Assembly (NCBI RefSeq): GCF_964355755.1
Contig: NC_092672.1
Span: 15,500,001 to 15,564,000 of the forward strand
Length of the DNA: 64,000 nucleotides
DNA from: Antedon mediterranea
Taxonomy: Eukaryota; Animalia; Echinodermata
Reading direction: 5' to 3'
A model generated the notes under the pieces. The model saw only the letters and a list, made by a program, of their open reading frames with translations. It did no database searches and had not been told where the DNA came from. A program made the translations under genes and the position numbers. Numbering within the stretch: the first letter of the stretch is position 1; every line of letters begins with the position of its first letter. Below are positions 38,546 through 52,079 of this stretch, piece by piece.

Positions 38546-41500
38546 AAGATATATAGTAGGAAATCTGAATATTTTTTTGGCATACAATTATGAATGAATT
38601 GAAAAATTGCTGAAAAGTCAAAACTTAATATTTGGTGGAAAGGTCATTTGCATATTTGAAATATGAATATATGCATAATTCGCATATAACAACACATATT
38701 TAATACTCTATCACGGACAACGCTTTTAAAATTTCATGATTAAATCATTGCAAACTAAATTGTATGGGGTGATGAGAAAGACAATACAGGTTTCGAGTTT
38801 AAACCACAGCATAATAGAATTTTTATTTGTCTAGTAATGACAGAGGCGAGTTCTTATAAGATATAACATTATAACAATATAACATTCCTTGAGATTTCAC
38901 TGGATTTTATATGTAATGATGGGGACATGAAAATTACTTTGACAATATAACAGTCCTTAGGGATCTATAACATTTACGATCTTTGAAACAGTAGTCATGT
39001 AATTTGCAATTTCGACCAATCATGTTCTAGTATATATACATTGGCGATGTAGGCCAATACACAAATATACTAAGATAAGATTCTGCAGAATTCTTAAACA
39101 TTTTGGCATTATGTACGGAGAATCTACTTAGAATAAAAATAGGAAAATCGTGCGATAACAAGTACCATATTAAAGTAAGTAATTTGAAACTCAAAATGTA
39201 GAACACAATGATAATTCCATAGCGTGTGATTAAATTAGTCTATTGAAGGAAATTCTAATTAATGGCTTGGTACACGATTGTGACATTAAAAAAGAAAATT
39301 ATCCAAATAATCACCTTCTTTATCTGTACGTGCTTGTAATATTACTCTTTTACTTTTTGTGATAACAATTCATTGTACTTTACTGTGCTAACTTCAGTTA
39401 CCAAAGCACTGCTAATGTAATTAGATGTTTATTATGATAGATGATGACATTTTGATATTTGAGAGAGTTTGATGGCACTGCTTATTACAAAGCTATTTAA
39501 ATTTTCCTTTTCATAGAAAGGCTATAAAATACAACAATATTGATGCTTTCAAAGATTAGACTCATAAGAGATTGAAAGCATAATCTATATTTATATGTAC
39601 AGTATATCAATTTAAAGAAAACAATTTTTACAGTGCATCTTCCCAGTGAAATTAATTAAAGCTGTTACTACTAGATGAGAAAATCTGTGAGAGTAGAGAA
39701 AAAGCAAGGCTTCAAATAATTCCTTTGTACATATTTAAGTACAATATTTTATGAAAATCATTTAATTAATTTGTGTTAGATAATTATAGTACGTTATTTA
39801 GAATTAAAGTTATTTTAGAATTTAATGGAAGGACATTTGGACAAAGCATGGTTAGTTAAGGAAGTGGATATTATTGTAAGTAAGTGTGGTTTTTTGTTTG
39901 TAGTAATAATATGTGTACCGCCAGACCAAAACCTTAATGTCACAAAAGGAAGGGATTTCTGTAAAATGCTTCTGTAAAACCTGTATCTCCTTTACCATTT
40001 TTAAATTTTATTCTTACAGCAAATTTACGATAGATTCCAATCTATGAAATCTTTGTATTTTTAGGAAATTTAGAGTATAATCAATGAAAACAAAATTTTT
40101 ATGAGACCTCCTTTTTTCGTCTGTGGTGGAAAAACGAAGACCTATTCTCTGTAATTTGTGTCTATTTTAATTTTTACCTTTTTGATTATGAGAAGAACAC
40201 TTTTTTATTTTTTTTTTTTTAAAATTAAATAGATTTTAAAAACCTGTATCATTTCGACGGTCATCAATCACCGATGGTTTGCACATTTTCATAGTGAAAA
40301 TAGTACGTCGGAGCACATCGTCAGCTTGATCGCATTCCACCAAGCATGTACGTCGACATCCTTTGTGTACTATCAATCTCTAGCGTTACCAACGATCAAT
40401 CACAAAAGGATCGTCACTCCCGTATTGTAAAGTAGCGGTACCTCCGACGATCAATCACAGTCAATGAATAGAGTTGATGAAGCCACATGGTCAGTTTTCA
40501 CGAAGTGCTACTATACTACGCGCCCATTTACATGTATTATTAAGTACAATAAAAACAAAGCCTAGGACTGTAGTGCCAATGAAAATTATCCCGTTAGGCC
40601 TATATTTTATTAAAACGTATTACTATTAAAATATTAACAATGCTGCAGCATTTCATGACCCTTGTTGTTTTATTTGCTGTTCTGTCGATCATTCAACATG
40701 ATCGACAGTCAATGGCTAGGAGTTTAGATAAATCTCGCATCGCGTGTGGAAAACACTCTCAGCAAGTTTGCTTCATTAATATGCATGAGACTCTGTGAAG
40801 ACCTGCTTTAACGCGACGTCATTTTACTTTAGCTGCATGCGAATAAGTAGTCACCGCGATCGACCCGGCATGTAAGAAAATAATACCGGCCTAGGCTAGG
40901 AAAAGTTTATGCTTATATAAAAGCTTAAAAAAACATCGTTGCGTTGTAAAAATTTAAATGTAAAGTACAGTCAAGTGTTGTTAGCTTGATTTGGTACCCT
41001 AGGTAAGTATCAGCTGCATGTTCCATATGTTGTAATTTGCGAGCTATAGACTCATAGTGTTTGGTAAATGACATCATGAGATGTTTGTAAATCGTTTTAA
41101 ACGACTAACAATGTGCTAGAACACCAAAATTTCCAGGGGCCTTTCTGGCCCCAAGCCAATGTTTGCTTGCTTCACTCGCAAGGATAGGCCCCCCCCCCCC
41201 CCTATTTCAATATCCTAGATCTGCCCCTGCACTTAATGTTAATTTCTATTGTTGTATTTTCATTTTCACTTTACAGGCAGTTCCGCATCATTCAAAACAT
41301 GAACGGTCAATGTAATTTAATATGCTTCACTACCAGTATATCTAAAAAAACTATAAATATGTAAAACATACTTAAATTACGGTAAATACATTTATAATGT
41401 AGTTTGGATTATATTTATAGTTATTACAAGCCTCAAAAATAAAAGTGTAACTAAAGTTTAGTAAAAAAAAGTTTATTAACGTATGTTGTTTAAAAAAAAA

Positions 41501-41676
41501 AAAGTTATATTTGACGTCTCATTTGACAATGCAATTAATGTAGCTGGATTTTTATGAAATTTTCAATGATTATAGAAACATATATTAATACACTTGTTCT
41601 AAATTTCAAAGTCATAGGTATAATAGAAATTAGTGTTGTCAAGGACAACATGAGTCGCTGTCTGCCACGACATTTA

Positions 41677-42114
41677 GGGTACCTTCACACGTACAGCGTA
41701 AGACTGGCGTTCGTTATATTAATGAATGGCGTTAAACAAAGAAGTCCAAGTATCATTTACGTTTTAAAAGTTAAACCCTTGGTTTTCTTATTTAGATTTT
41801 ACACTGTTTTGATGACCATCTTTTGTTTTGTTTTAATCATTTCTTGAAATATAGTCAGCGCTTGATTTCTAAATCAATTTTTTCCCAAAAACACGCTTTT
41901 GACCATTATTTGCTGTTATTTCACAATAAACAATTCATGTGCTTTTAGATCGAAGAGCAGAGAGCAGCTAAATATATATCGGCATTAAAATGTACAGTAA
42001 AAAACGACAATTAATTGGTAAATATCTTGAATAACTCCACTGCCTAGTTCACACGCAAGACGTAGGCTACGCAAGGCGTACGCCATGGCTTATGCCATAC
42101 GTGTGAACAGGCTC
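41677..42114. mobile_element. PIF/Harbinger-like MITE
   Basis: Imperfect TIR GGGTACCTTCACACGTA / TACGTGTGAACAGGCTC; TTA TSD. Confidence 0.6.
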
Positions 42115-42439
42115 TTAAACTTCCTGTTTGAACTATATTTTTGAATGGCACACATAATCCAATCTTTAACAATCTTCTATTTACAAACATACAGTATCTT
42201 CATTTAAACTATTTTTTGCTTTTTTTTCATCTTTTTACACACACAAGAGCATTTGGTTGTATTAATACTACTATACAGTAAATTGGCTTTCCGAAAAATT
42301 TGATAGGCAATATAGTGAAGCAGAATGGTCAGAAGTTATAGGAAAACATACAGTTTTAATATGTTAAAAACTACAAAAGTTAAAATTTAAGCAGAGCAAC
42401 TTACAAGATTTATTGAGTACTTTTTCCCACATAGACTAA

Positions 42440-42860
42440 TGCAAAGGACCCACAGTTCGATTGATAAATATCCGATGCAATGACCATTTGTTGTCACTTT
42501 TTAATAAGGTTCTTTTGCTGGTGTCCATGGATTTTAACTGTTTTTTGGAAAGTAGTAATCGATAGCAGTTCCGGGTTCGGGTTTCGTAAAACACAGTTGT
42601 TTTTTCTTACTATGGCAATAATTCAGCCCTTTCATGAGTCGCCATCCATTGACTGAATCTCTGGATAGCTGTTGGCTTCATGGACTGTTTTAGAGTCTGA
42701 ATTTTCTGGTGATAGTCACATTTGGTCACTAGCACCCATGGGTGAATGAATTGTCACAATAAGGTCAAGCACAGCATTTCCTGGAGTAGGTTCCTTGACT
42801 ATTTGCTTTATGTTAATTGGCTCAACATTGGTCCTAGTTCTATTTAAATTAAACTATTTG
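42440..42860 (-). mobile_element. Decayed LINE endonuclease-end fragment
   Basis: KQIVKEPTPGNAVLDLIVT..PMGASD. Confidence 0.6.
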
Positions 42861-42901
42861 TCATGTCAATCAGAAATATTCGATATTGGATTCATACTCA
42901 C

Positions 42902-43025
42902 CATATCATCAGGATTGATTTCCTCAAGTTTCAGCTTGATCAGAGCAATTTGAACATCACGACCTAACTTGTTTTCTCTTATACCATGTTGCACCCACCA
43001 ACCAAGTTTGAGGACCATGCTACCC
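42902..43025 (-). CDS. Isolated putative coding exon of an unidentified gene
   Basis: Acceptor TTTTCTATTGATTCTAG, donor GTGAGT; 124 nt open frame GSMVLKLGWWVQHGIRENKLGRDVQIALIKLKLEEINPDDM. Confidence 0.4.
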
Positions 43026-43129
43026 CTAGAATCAATAGAAAATAAACTAGATTAATTGCATCAGTGGTTAAAGATGTGAGTGATGTATACGAAAAACAAA
43101 CTATAAGGAAATTATGAAAAACCGCTCTC

Positions 43130-43700
43130 ATTCATTTCATTTTATTTCATTTCATTTCATTTCCTTTTATTGTCATTTGCATATACAGTAAAACAAAATA
43201 TATACATAGAAATTGTGTTTGCTCCGAGACACAAAATGCAGAATAAATAACAAACAAAAAAAAACAACACAATTACAATGAAATAATGTCTCTCGTACGG
43301 AATCTTAACTAGCATTCAGTGCCCGAATGGAAGCTGGATAGAAGCTGTTGCAAAACATATTAGTACGAGAAGTGATGGACCGGTATCGTCTACCGCTACG
43401 TAACATCTCAAATACATTATGCATTGGATGGCTTGAATCTTGTAATATACAATGTGTTTTCTTTATTAAACGCTTCCCGAAAATGAATTCAATAGTGCTC
43501 TGTTCTATTCCAATGAGACGTGATGCATACTTAACAACAAGTTGTAGATCAGACTTATCTTTATTTATGGCCCAGGTGAACCACAAAATAATACTAAAGG
43601 TGAGTACACTTTCAATAACGGACTTATAGAAAAGTGTCATAATGAAAGGGTCCACTCCGAAGGATTTAAGTCTACGTAAAAAGTAAAGGCGTTCAAGATT
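43130..43700 (-). mobile_element. Rex1/Babar-like LINE 3' end
   Basis: RLYFLRRLKSFGV, FYKSVIESVLTF, ILQDSSHP, LRSGRRYR and NSFYP; (TGAAA)n tail. Confidence 0.85.
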
Positions 43701-44146
43701 CAAGAAATTTTATTTGTCCATAAAAATGGAAATTCACTTTGCTTGGTAGATTAAAATAACAATAAAAAACAAACATAAAAAATGTTGCAACAATTTAAAA
43801 CGTGCACTATTATAACAGATAAAATACAAGATAAAAAAGTTGAAAATAAAAAAACTGTTAAAAATGTAAAACCATTTAAAAGTTGCATTATTGTCTTACA
43901 TTAGAATTAAAAATATGAATGCTATTTACAACGAAGGATTTTCTAGTTCTACAAAGATTTGCTCTTGGAGGTCGTAGCCTAATGGGTAGTAACAAAGTGC
44001 GAGGCAGCGAGGCACGCGAGGCAGGGAAGGCATGCGAGGCAAGTCAGAAATTTATGCGAGGCATCGTTTTACCATCATCAAAAAATGCGAGGCATCATTT
44101 TATCATTTCTCAAAATTGCAAGGCAGGAAATCACCAAAATTGAAGT

Positions 44147-45224
44147 GGGTGTCACGAAAGCTCAGACCACGAAAGCTCAGACCCCCTAAGACCTAAGATC
44201 ACGAAAGCTAAGACCCAACACCTAAGATTACAAATACTAAGATATACTACAGCTTAAAAACAATACTTGTTTATCCATACATAATTTTAAACACAGTAGG
44301 TTTCATTTATTACCATAAATATAATTTAATACTACCGCAAAACATAGATAAACTCACATTATTTTCGCCCGTTGAGTAAATGTATATTTTTTCTTTACAA
44401 CAAACAAACTTGACGGGTTGTTTGTTGGTATATATTTACTCCTTTGTGTTGCTTCAGAGGATGTTTTTCTTACGCACCTGCCTTTCTTGTATTTTGACTC
44501 CAAATTTGTTGACTAACTTTATCCTGAACACCACACTTTAAAATTAGGACTTATAAGTACTTTCAGAAGGAGAAACACATAATAACAAATAAATAAATCC
44601 TTTAAATTGATGATTTTACAGATGTGTTTCTTTGTATACTGTAATGACAATGTAACTCCTCGAGCTCCCCATGCTCAATGTTTTTGTTTCTATGGAGCGC
44701 CAAAAGAGCAACAAGTATAAAAGTATAAAAACAGAAAGAAAACGAAACAAAAAAACTTATCATGATTTTTAAATTAAAATTTATTTGCCAGTATTTATTT
44801 CTTCGTACTTGCATGATTATACTATTTTCATTACAATTTTAATTTTACATTGTTCCATCCACACTGTAGATGGACTCCACAGAGTTTTCAGCCCTCTATA
44901 TAATTTTTGCTCTTTTGACGTTCCATAGAATCCATTGAACATGGCCCATGGGGTAGGCCTACTGTACTGTAGGCTAGTCATTTTGTGTGCGAGAAAAACG
45001 TCTGTAAAATCATCAATTTAAAAATGTATTTGTTACTTTTTATGTGATTCTTTTTCATGAAAGTGCCAATTCTAAGGTGTGGTATTCAGAATAAATGTTG
45101 GGAGTTAAAATACAAGGCAGGTGCGAAAGATAAATATTTGTAATCTTAGGTGTTGGGTCTTAGCTTTCGTGATCTTAGGTCTTAGGGGGTCTGAGCTTTC
45201 GTGGTCTGAGCTTTCGTGACACCC
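44147..45224. mobile_element. Mutator-like foldback MITE, copy 1
   Basis: About 90-bp perfect TIR GGGTGTCACGAAAGCTCAGACC...; 10-bp TSD AAATTGAAGT. Confidence 0.92.
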
Positions 45225-46899
45225 AAATTGAAGTAGCCTAGGCCTAGGCCCGCTAGGCTAGTTTCCTTTTGCACCTGCCTTGTATTTTAACCAACTTTAT
45301 CCTGAATACCACAGCTTAGAATTAGTAGGCCTACTTTAATGAAGAAAAATCACATAAAAGTAACAATAAATCCATTAAATTGGTGATTTTACAGACGTTG
45401 TTTTTCTCGCATTTCGCACACTCAATGTTCAATATTTTGGTTTCTATGGAACGCCAAAAGAGCAAAATTAATTAGAGGGCTAAAAACTCTGTGGAATCCA
45501 TTTATATTTAACGCATTATTTGGTGAAAATCAAGTACAATTTCAATAGATTTTGTCACTGTCAGTAAGGAAAAATGTTACTGTTCACCGGTGTACTGTTG
45601 ATAATGTACACGGTTTCGGTAACCTTTTAAAGAATAAAATAGAAAAATTCATCATAATATCCTTAGTAGGATGTCCTAAGTAGGATGTCCTAGGTCTAGA
45701 CTAGGTAGTGATGTTGATTTAGGATCGATTATTATTCTTTGAAAACAGAACAGTATATCAGCAGTAACATATTACAGCATTTTTATTGACAAATTAACAA
45801 ATATATTGAAATAAAACATGTTTTTCACCAATAAATGCATGAGAAATTGACGCATTCCACTGAGTTTTAGTCCTCTATTATCGTTGTTCTTTTGGCGCTC
45901 CATAGAAACAAAAATATTGAACATTGAATAAGTGAAATTCGCGAACAGTGTGCGAGAAACACGCCTGTAAAATCATTAATTTAAGGATTTATTTGTTACT
46001 TTTTATGTGATTCTTTCATTAAAGTACTCGTTATCAAATTTGGAGTAAAAATACAAGCGAAGGAAACTAGCGCCAGGTTTATTAGTACGTACATGGACAA
46101 CAATAAATAAAAATCGTTCGTAATATACCTAGCTTACTAAAACATGAATAGTGTATCATTATTAAATATTACACCAATTATTATTATATCAAAATTGATT
46201 AAATTATTTTCTACATAGGCCTCTTATCTAGGTTAGGGCTAAGCATATTAGCTAAAGTTTAATTTTAGGCCTAGTATTACAATTGTCGGACGTAAGTCTT
46301 TTTTCACACGCGCTCCAGAATTTTGTCGCAATTTTTTTCTTTGCGGCATGTTATTGGATCGCCATATCAGTTACCTTTTATTCACCGCCAGTTATTGAAC
46401 TTGTCCTGGCAATCGCTGTTCACCTTATTTGCGAGAGAGGTACACGTGTTATTCCTAGAGAATGGAATGTCAAAAATGTCTTTGGCACGCCGCTCAGCGA
46501 GAAGTCTGTGCGTTGCTGCTGAAACCATGTGCTATAGGAGGGGAATGCACCACAATCCTCTGAGCTGAGGGCTGAATCATTCCGCTACCTGCTAAATAGT
46601 AAAGAGGGATTTTCCATCTCTCGGGTCTACCGGATCTAGGCGCAGGGGTGTGACAAAATATTATTTTCACTCTGCTATGTTCGAGAGACATGTGAGTGAA
46701 CACGCTCGAAATGCCAACAAACATTGCAGTCATTTGATGAGTGTGTCGCTATAACAATTATTGTTTATCGAAAGTTGAAGACTGTCGTTCAGATTTTTTA
46801 ACCGTAGTTTTGGCACTTTTGTAAAAGTAAAATTTGACACGATATAACTTGAATGAAAAAACAATCGTTACATAAAAATAAACAACATGATGAGTGTAT

Positions 46900-47200
46900 T
46901 GTATTGTGTTATCGACCTGAGTTTGGTACTCCATCTCATCATTATTTTTTATGAGCCCTGCAATTGTGGTATCGTCTGCAAATTTGACCATGTGACAGTT
47001 GTCACTAGAAACTTCAAAATCATGAGTATAAATAGAAAACAAAAAAGGGGAAAGTACACAACCTTGTGGTACCCCCATGTTAACTACTGTTTTATATGAC
47101 ATCGTATTACCTACCCTAACGTATTGAGATCTATTACCGAGGAAGTCCAACAACTAACTACAAATCGGTAAAGTTACACCCAATTCACGCATTGCTGTAC
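46900..47200 (-). mobile_element. Rex1/Babar-like RT fragment
   Basis: GVPQGCVLSPFLFSIYT and KFADDTTIAGLI. Confidence 0.85.
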
Positions 47201-47699
47201 AATGAATTTTTTAGCAACAGTTATCTGGCAGAATTAGACCACTTTAATCAAACAAATCACATTTTAGACTATCTTTTATTCCAAATGTTATACACATTTT
47301 TTATTCAAAATTTTTGTTTGTTTTTATTAAAAATTATTAGGTTTTAAAATGACTACTTGAATAAGCCTATTCCAAACCATTGGTGACCTTGGAGTCACTC
47401 AGGCAAGCTGAACGCATTTTTTGTTGCGCTAGCAACCACGCAGCGCCACCCACCTTTGTGACGTCAGCACCGTGATACTCTATATACAGAAAAATAAAAG
47501 CATACATAATTAAAAACAAATTTTCTTTTGTATAAGACATATATACATACAAAGTAAAGTAAATAAACAAAAACATATACGCAGGCCTGGATCACTTAGT
47601 CAGCCATGACATTTGAGCTGACATATTTAATTACTTATAGATATTTTTCACAGTTCGTTTTGTTTTGTTGATTCAATTCTTTTGTTTTTCTGTATTTAA

Positions 47700-47815
47700 A
47701 GGTTCTGACCACAATATGATAATGATGATTCCTGAATATAAACAAATAATTAAAAGAATTAAACCGGTTACTAAACACACAATGATTTGGTCGAACGATT
47801 CTATTGAAGAGCTAT
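47700..47815 (+). mobile_element. Rex1/Babar-like endonuclease-end fragment
   Basis: SDHNMIMMIPEYKQIIKRIKPVTK..WS..SIEEL. Confidence 0.55.
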
Positions 47816-48459
47816 GCTGTGTAACATATTTGATGGAAGCACATTGACGATCGTGTTGTAAGAGGAGTTTATTAACAACAAACAAAACTGATAAATATGT
47901 TTATAGAGGGCGCAGCCCATAAATATCTAACATCTCCTTTTCTCAGCTGAATTTGTTCAATGCTGATTAGTAACTTTATGTCATTTAAATGCTTAAAATA
48001 TCAGGTTGTTAAAGTATGTACTGTTTCAATAAAGTTTTTCTACAGTACATAATGTATAGTTTTATTTTAAATAAAAGTATATCTTGCAAATTGTTCTTTA
48101 ATTAGTCCTTTTTTTGTTGTGTTAACAACATATTTACAAGTCCAACCGATTAGGAGGCTTGCTTGTGTGTCCGCTTCTGGTTATGTAAGTTGGTTGTTGT
48201 TGTTTGGTGGTATGAGGTTTAGCCTTGGTTAGTGTTTTCTGTTTGGGACTTGTTACTTCGGGTGATGATACTTTCGTCTCAATGGTTGTTGTATGGGTGT
48301 TATAATCATATGTAAGGTCTGGTTCGTGGTATCTGTTTTGAGATCTTTTCTGTTTCTGCGATATTTCTTTCCATTGTGTTCTACTTTTTTTATGACGATT
48401 CGGAGACCCGTCTCCCGGAGAAGCCAGATAGTCACATAATGTTTCAGTTTTAGTTTCAG

Positions 48460-51400
48460 TTTTTATTTTCCAATATAAAACATAGTGTAAATAAATATAT
48501 GCATAAAAAATGGAAGGATGACCAAAAAAAGAGCAAAGCTCGTACAGTATTTAGCCACCTTAACAAAATATTTAATACATGATACAAACATAATTGAAGC
48601 ACAGGATGAGACAATACTAGCTAAACATGTTGGCATATGAACTAAAAAATAGTTCGATAAAACAAAAAAAAGCAAAAGAACAATGTAAATGTAAACATAT
48701 TTGTAACACTCATTGATAGGTTAAGAACAAATTATTTTTATACAACTTTTTAAATATGATATGATAAATTACGAATAGAAGCATCAATACTGTTCCATAA
48801 AATCGGACCCTGTCCTCTGATAGTGTTTCTACCCATATTGGTAACAAAATTATAAGACGATAAGTATCAAAGGACCTGATGCCATAATTATGAACTGAGT
48901 TTACTCTAACAAAATAATTTGAAATGTTAGCTGGTAATAAATTATTCTTAAATTTGTACATGAAAACACCTTTTGATAACTTATGGATGTCATACACAGT
49001 TAAGTTGTTAAGACTAGCAAATAATGGTGGTGAATGCTCAATGAATTGTGAATTTGTGCATAAACGCATTATGCGCTTTTGTTTGCGATATACAGTTTCA
49101 AGGCGACAGTTATTGTGGTCAGCCCAAATCAAGCTGCAGTATTGGATATGAGGAAGGACTAGAGTATAAGGATGATACAACATTGACATGTAAAATTGGT
49201 TTTAGCCTAAAAAGAATACCAGAATATTTTGAAACTAAGTTTGCAATATGGATTGTATGTTGATTCCAGGTTAAGCATTCGTCCATTATTACACCAAGAA
49301 ATTTACAACTAGTTACACAAGAGATGTTATTAATATCAATGAAAATGTTAAGGTCATTGTAAACACGGTTACTATATCTATTCTTAAAAATCATATAATT
49401 AGTTTTATTAGCATTAAGCGATAACTTATTTGCTTTAAACCAACTCGAAATAGTCGAGAGATCGCAATTAACATTATCAACTAGACGGTTTAAAACATTA
49501 TCTGAAATTAAAAAGGTTAGTGTCATCTGCAAATAAAATAAGATTGAGTGTTTACAGATGTTTGCTAAATCATTAATGTAAATAATAAAGAGTAGCGGGC
49601 CAAGAATTGAGCCCTGTGGAACACCACAACAAATGTTTAAAGAAGAACTATGATAATTAAAAGAGATATATTGCTTTCTACCCGCAAGGTAACTTCTGAA
49701 CCAATCAAAGGCAACACCATGTACGGTATACCATAATGATGTAGTTTAGACAGGAGAATGTCATGAATAATGGTGTCAAAGGCCTCCGAAAGGTCCAGAA
49801 ATATCCCAAGAACATGCTTTTTCTTATCTAATTCAGAAATTATTTTATCATATGCTTGTAGAACAGCCATTTGAGTAGACATGTTTGGGCGGAAACCAAA
49901 TTGGTTTTCGTGCAATAAATTAAATCGAGAAAAATAATTATAGAGTCTTTTATGAATTATGCATTCTAAAACTTCGGAGAAAACGGGCAGTACCGAGATG
50001 GGCCTATAATTCCTAAATGTATCAGTCTCACCATGTTTAAAGACGGGAATTATCTTGACAATTTTCAAGTGGAGATGCTATTAATTCACCAACAAATTTA
50101 ATAATATCTGGTTTAATGTCATCAAAATCGCTGCTAGCACCAGATTTCAGATTTCTGAATATTGTGAGTACTTCATCTTTATCAGTTGGTAAAAAAAACA
50201 GAGAGCTAACAGTACGTGATTTTATGTTATTTATAAAATAATTAAAAGTAATATCAGATTGAGGAATTAAACGCAGGTATTCAGGACCAATGTTTATTAA
50301 AGTTATCAGCAATAATTTGAAAATCAGATATATGTATATTATTTATTAAAAAAAATGATGATATGTGTTTATTGTTTTGTCTACCCATAATGTTATTGAG
50401 AACATTCCAAGTCTGTTTTTAATAAAATTTTGTTTCCTCAAGCTTTTCAGCATAATACTGCTGTTTAGAAATCCTGATTAAAGAATAAGATCATAAAGAA
50501 ATGCTTCAATATTGGTACGATGAGCACGATAGATATTGCCAACAACAATGTTTTTCCTACCGGGAATTGTTATTTCAATAAAGATAGATTCAGAATGATC
50601 AAAGTTCTGAGACGGTTTGTCAATTAATTTTAAATCATTCCATTTCGAAATTTATGAAAATAATTAATTAATGTTACAATGGAAATACAAACAATTTACA
50701 GTTTCTCATTCCATACAGTACTGCCAGCTTTGCGAAGTTAAACAAATTAATTGATCTTAAAAAGGAAAATAAACGATTCTCATTCTAAACAGTACGGAAG
50801 TTCATGAAACAGTTGGGAAGTTCATGAAATAAATTAAATGTTGAAAATGGCAATTAAAACGACTACCGTCCAGCGTTTCGAAGTTCACAAAATGAATTAA
50901 TGTTGAAATGGAATAGTAAAGAATTTACAAATTCTCTTTCCATATTACCTTGTCAACGAAGATAGCTACCTTGGTGCCTTGTACTCGTATTTTAACTTTC
51001 TTCCCACTGTCTATCAGCTTGTTTCGGATTGGAATGAGTCTTTTCCGTTCCTGTTGCATGGCTGTAGGCAGATGTCGAACAGCCACAACCGGTTTCACAG
51101 TGATGTTCAGCTTAGCGCGAGAAATGTAATTCAAAACAGCCTCGCAATCCTTCATTAAAAAAAATTTCGCTATCATGGGCTAAGTAGCTGTTAACCTGTT
51201 ACAGACTTGGTAGGCAGACCGTGGACATTTGCAAACTCGATATCGTCAGCGGCGGTGTTTACTTTGGTCAGCACCTTCCGTAGGACATTCTGTGTGTCCT
51301 CATTTGCACTGGATTGAGGGATGTTAAAGAACAATAAATTTGCTTTTTTACTGTAAAGCTTCGACTCTAACCTGCTAGCATTTAGCTCATGAATTTTATC

Positions 51401-51845
51401 CTTCAGTTCTGACTCCAACTTTGGTATAATTGCCTCCTTAATTTCGAGAATATCTTTGTCCATATGCTTCCCTGTCTCCAAGTCGGCCATATCAGTTCGA
51501 TTGCCTTTAATGTCTGCATTCACCTTGCTCAATTGAGCACGTCAAACCGGGAGTTCATATCAGCGTCCAATTTGGTTAACAATGCATGCAACGTATGCAT
51601 GTTTCATTGTCTACAGGTGGCTGGTCCGGTTGGCTACTGTGGGTTCGTCTACTACTGGCCTTGTTGGTAGTCATGGTTTTAAAATTAGGAAAACCAGTAA
51701 AATAGAGCAAAATAATTCGTAAAATATATAATTTGTTGAGACTGTGTGTCGATAATTCTCAATGTAGTCGATAAATACAAGTAATTAAAGTCCAGTTTGG
51801 TCGGATTTAGGACATTTCCGCAGCACTTTTCTATCCGTGTCTGCT
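48460..51845 (-). mobile_element. Near-full-length decayed LINE (L2/Crack/CR1 group) with ORF1 and ORF2
   Basis: ORF1 coiled-coil/RRM type (SKKANLLFFNIPQ, IAKF, QQERKRL); ORF2 NYRPISVLP, QFGFR, DLSEAFD, VPQGSILGP, FADD and FLGVIMDE. Confidence 0.88.
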
Positions 51846-52079
51846 CTCCATGAAGGTTAAAACAACACAAAATGTGTTCAAAAGCGAAATAACAGAGGGA
51901 TAGTATGATGTGAGCAAACGGAAAAAAAAGTTTCTGAGTGGTGGAAATATGCAGACCAATTTTTTGGTTAAACTAAGATATTAGGATGAATAAAATGAAT
52001 AAATCAAACAAAACGGAAAAATGTTAACAATTCTAAATATGAACGACGTTCTTTTAGAGATAATAAATTAGTCCTCAAA

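Noticed and set aside
44602-44814. Duplicated small ORF (also 58027-58233)
   Set aside because: Lies within near-identical MITE copies, and the frames diverge by indels
46283-46733. GC-richer short ORFs
   Set aside because: No recognisable motif in any frame; stops present; probably TE-internal sequence
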